Origin: a virus
Lineage: Duplodnaviria > Caudoviricetes
DNA: 59,205 bases
Reading direction: 5' to 3' (one strand)
Virus record (IMG/VR): IMGVR_UViG_3300036939_000018
Span: 1-59,205 of that record
In this document: piece after piece, positions 58,938-59,205 of the stretch
Layout: every line of letters begins with the position of its first letter
Numbering within the stretch: position 1 is the stretch's first letter
Translations under genes and position numbers: made by a program
The notes under the pieces: generated by a model
What the model saw: only the letters and a program-made list of their open reading frames with translations
Databases searched by the model: none
What the model was told of the DNA's origin: nothing

Positions 58938-59007
58938 TCCAGAACAGGGGAGGGGGACATATACCAAAACGGTACATATTAATATATAAAATAACGGGGG
59001 TATCCTA

Positions 59008-59123
59008 GAGGATCGACACTTATATCATTGTGAGGATAATAACCCTGTATCGCATGCCCAGCAAGGCTTGTGGGCGGCGTTAAACTCTATCTATACACAA
59101 GAAACACCGCCTAGTGTTAACGC
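59008..59123 (+). repeat. Dispersed element copy 21 (short class)
   Basis: GAGGATC 59008; core 59077-59123; back-to-back with copy 20. Confidence 0.9.
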
Positions 59124-59205
59124 CGCCGAATACACACAAAAAACAAGCCTCATCTAATCAGAGGCTTGTTGCAACATTACAATACTATCTAATAAAGGTC
59201 TTGTT

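Noticed and set aside
2744-59123. Dispersed element as a CRISPR array or tRNA-like repeat
   Set aside because: Copies are dispersed, divergent and in both orientations, with no regular repeat-spacer period and no cloverleaf.
2744-59123. Element as a classical integron attC or an IS/MITE
   Set aside because: GTTRRRY and RYYYAAC are in the opposite order to attC and there is no long hairpin. There are no terminal inverted repeats across the whole element, no target duplications and no integrase or transposase in the window.
1-59205. tRNA, rRNA, reverse transcriptase/DGR or integrase genes
   Set aside because: No recognisable motifs found by eye.

Overview
About 59 kb from a long-tailed (sipho-type) dsDNA phage, probably infecting a cyanobacterium: about 10 HIP1 octamers (GCGATCGC) and a cyanophage-type ribonucleotide reductase. 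It carries terminase, a DUF1073-like portal, a DUF2213-like protease/scaffold, a DUF2184-like capsid, tail tube, frameshifted tail chaperones, lambda M/L/K/J-like tail-tip genes, a lysis cassette, an intact DnaE, RNR alpha and beta, a ParB-like protein, a DNA methyltransferase and many small genes with their own promoters. The structural genes are split, interrupted and partly inverted. The most striking feature is a dispersed, essentially intergenic ~115-126 bp element present 21 times in both orientations. It has three parts: GAGGAT boxes, a ~29 bp imperfect palindrome, and a 47 bp core GCGTTARAC..CTATAC(T/A)CA..TAACGC. Internal spacing is rigid (68-69 or 78-79 bp, about one helical turn apart). 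Copies lie at module boundaries and bracket single-gene cassettes, which suggests a multi-site recombination/gene-shuffling or partition/replication system. No recognisable recombinase is in the window. Also noted: a promoter-embedded operator (TTGACGTTTTNATAAC), an enriched palindrome TGTTRYAACA, a PatX-like secreted 40-aa peptide, a Tad1-like anti-defence gene with a frameshift, and candidate sRNAs. All family assignments come from motif recognition by eye, not database searches.
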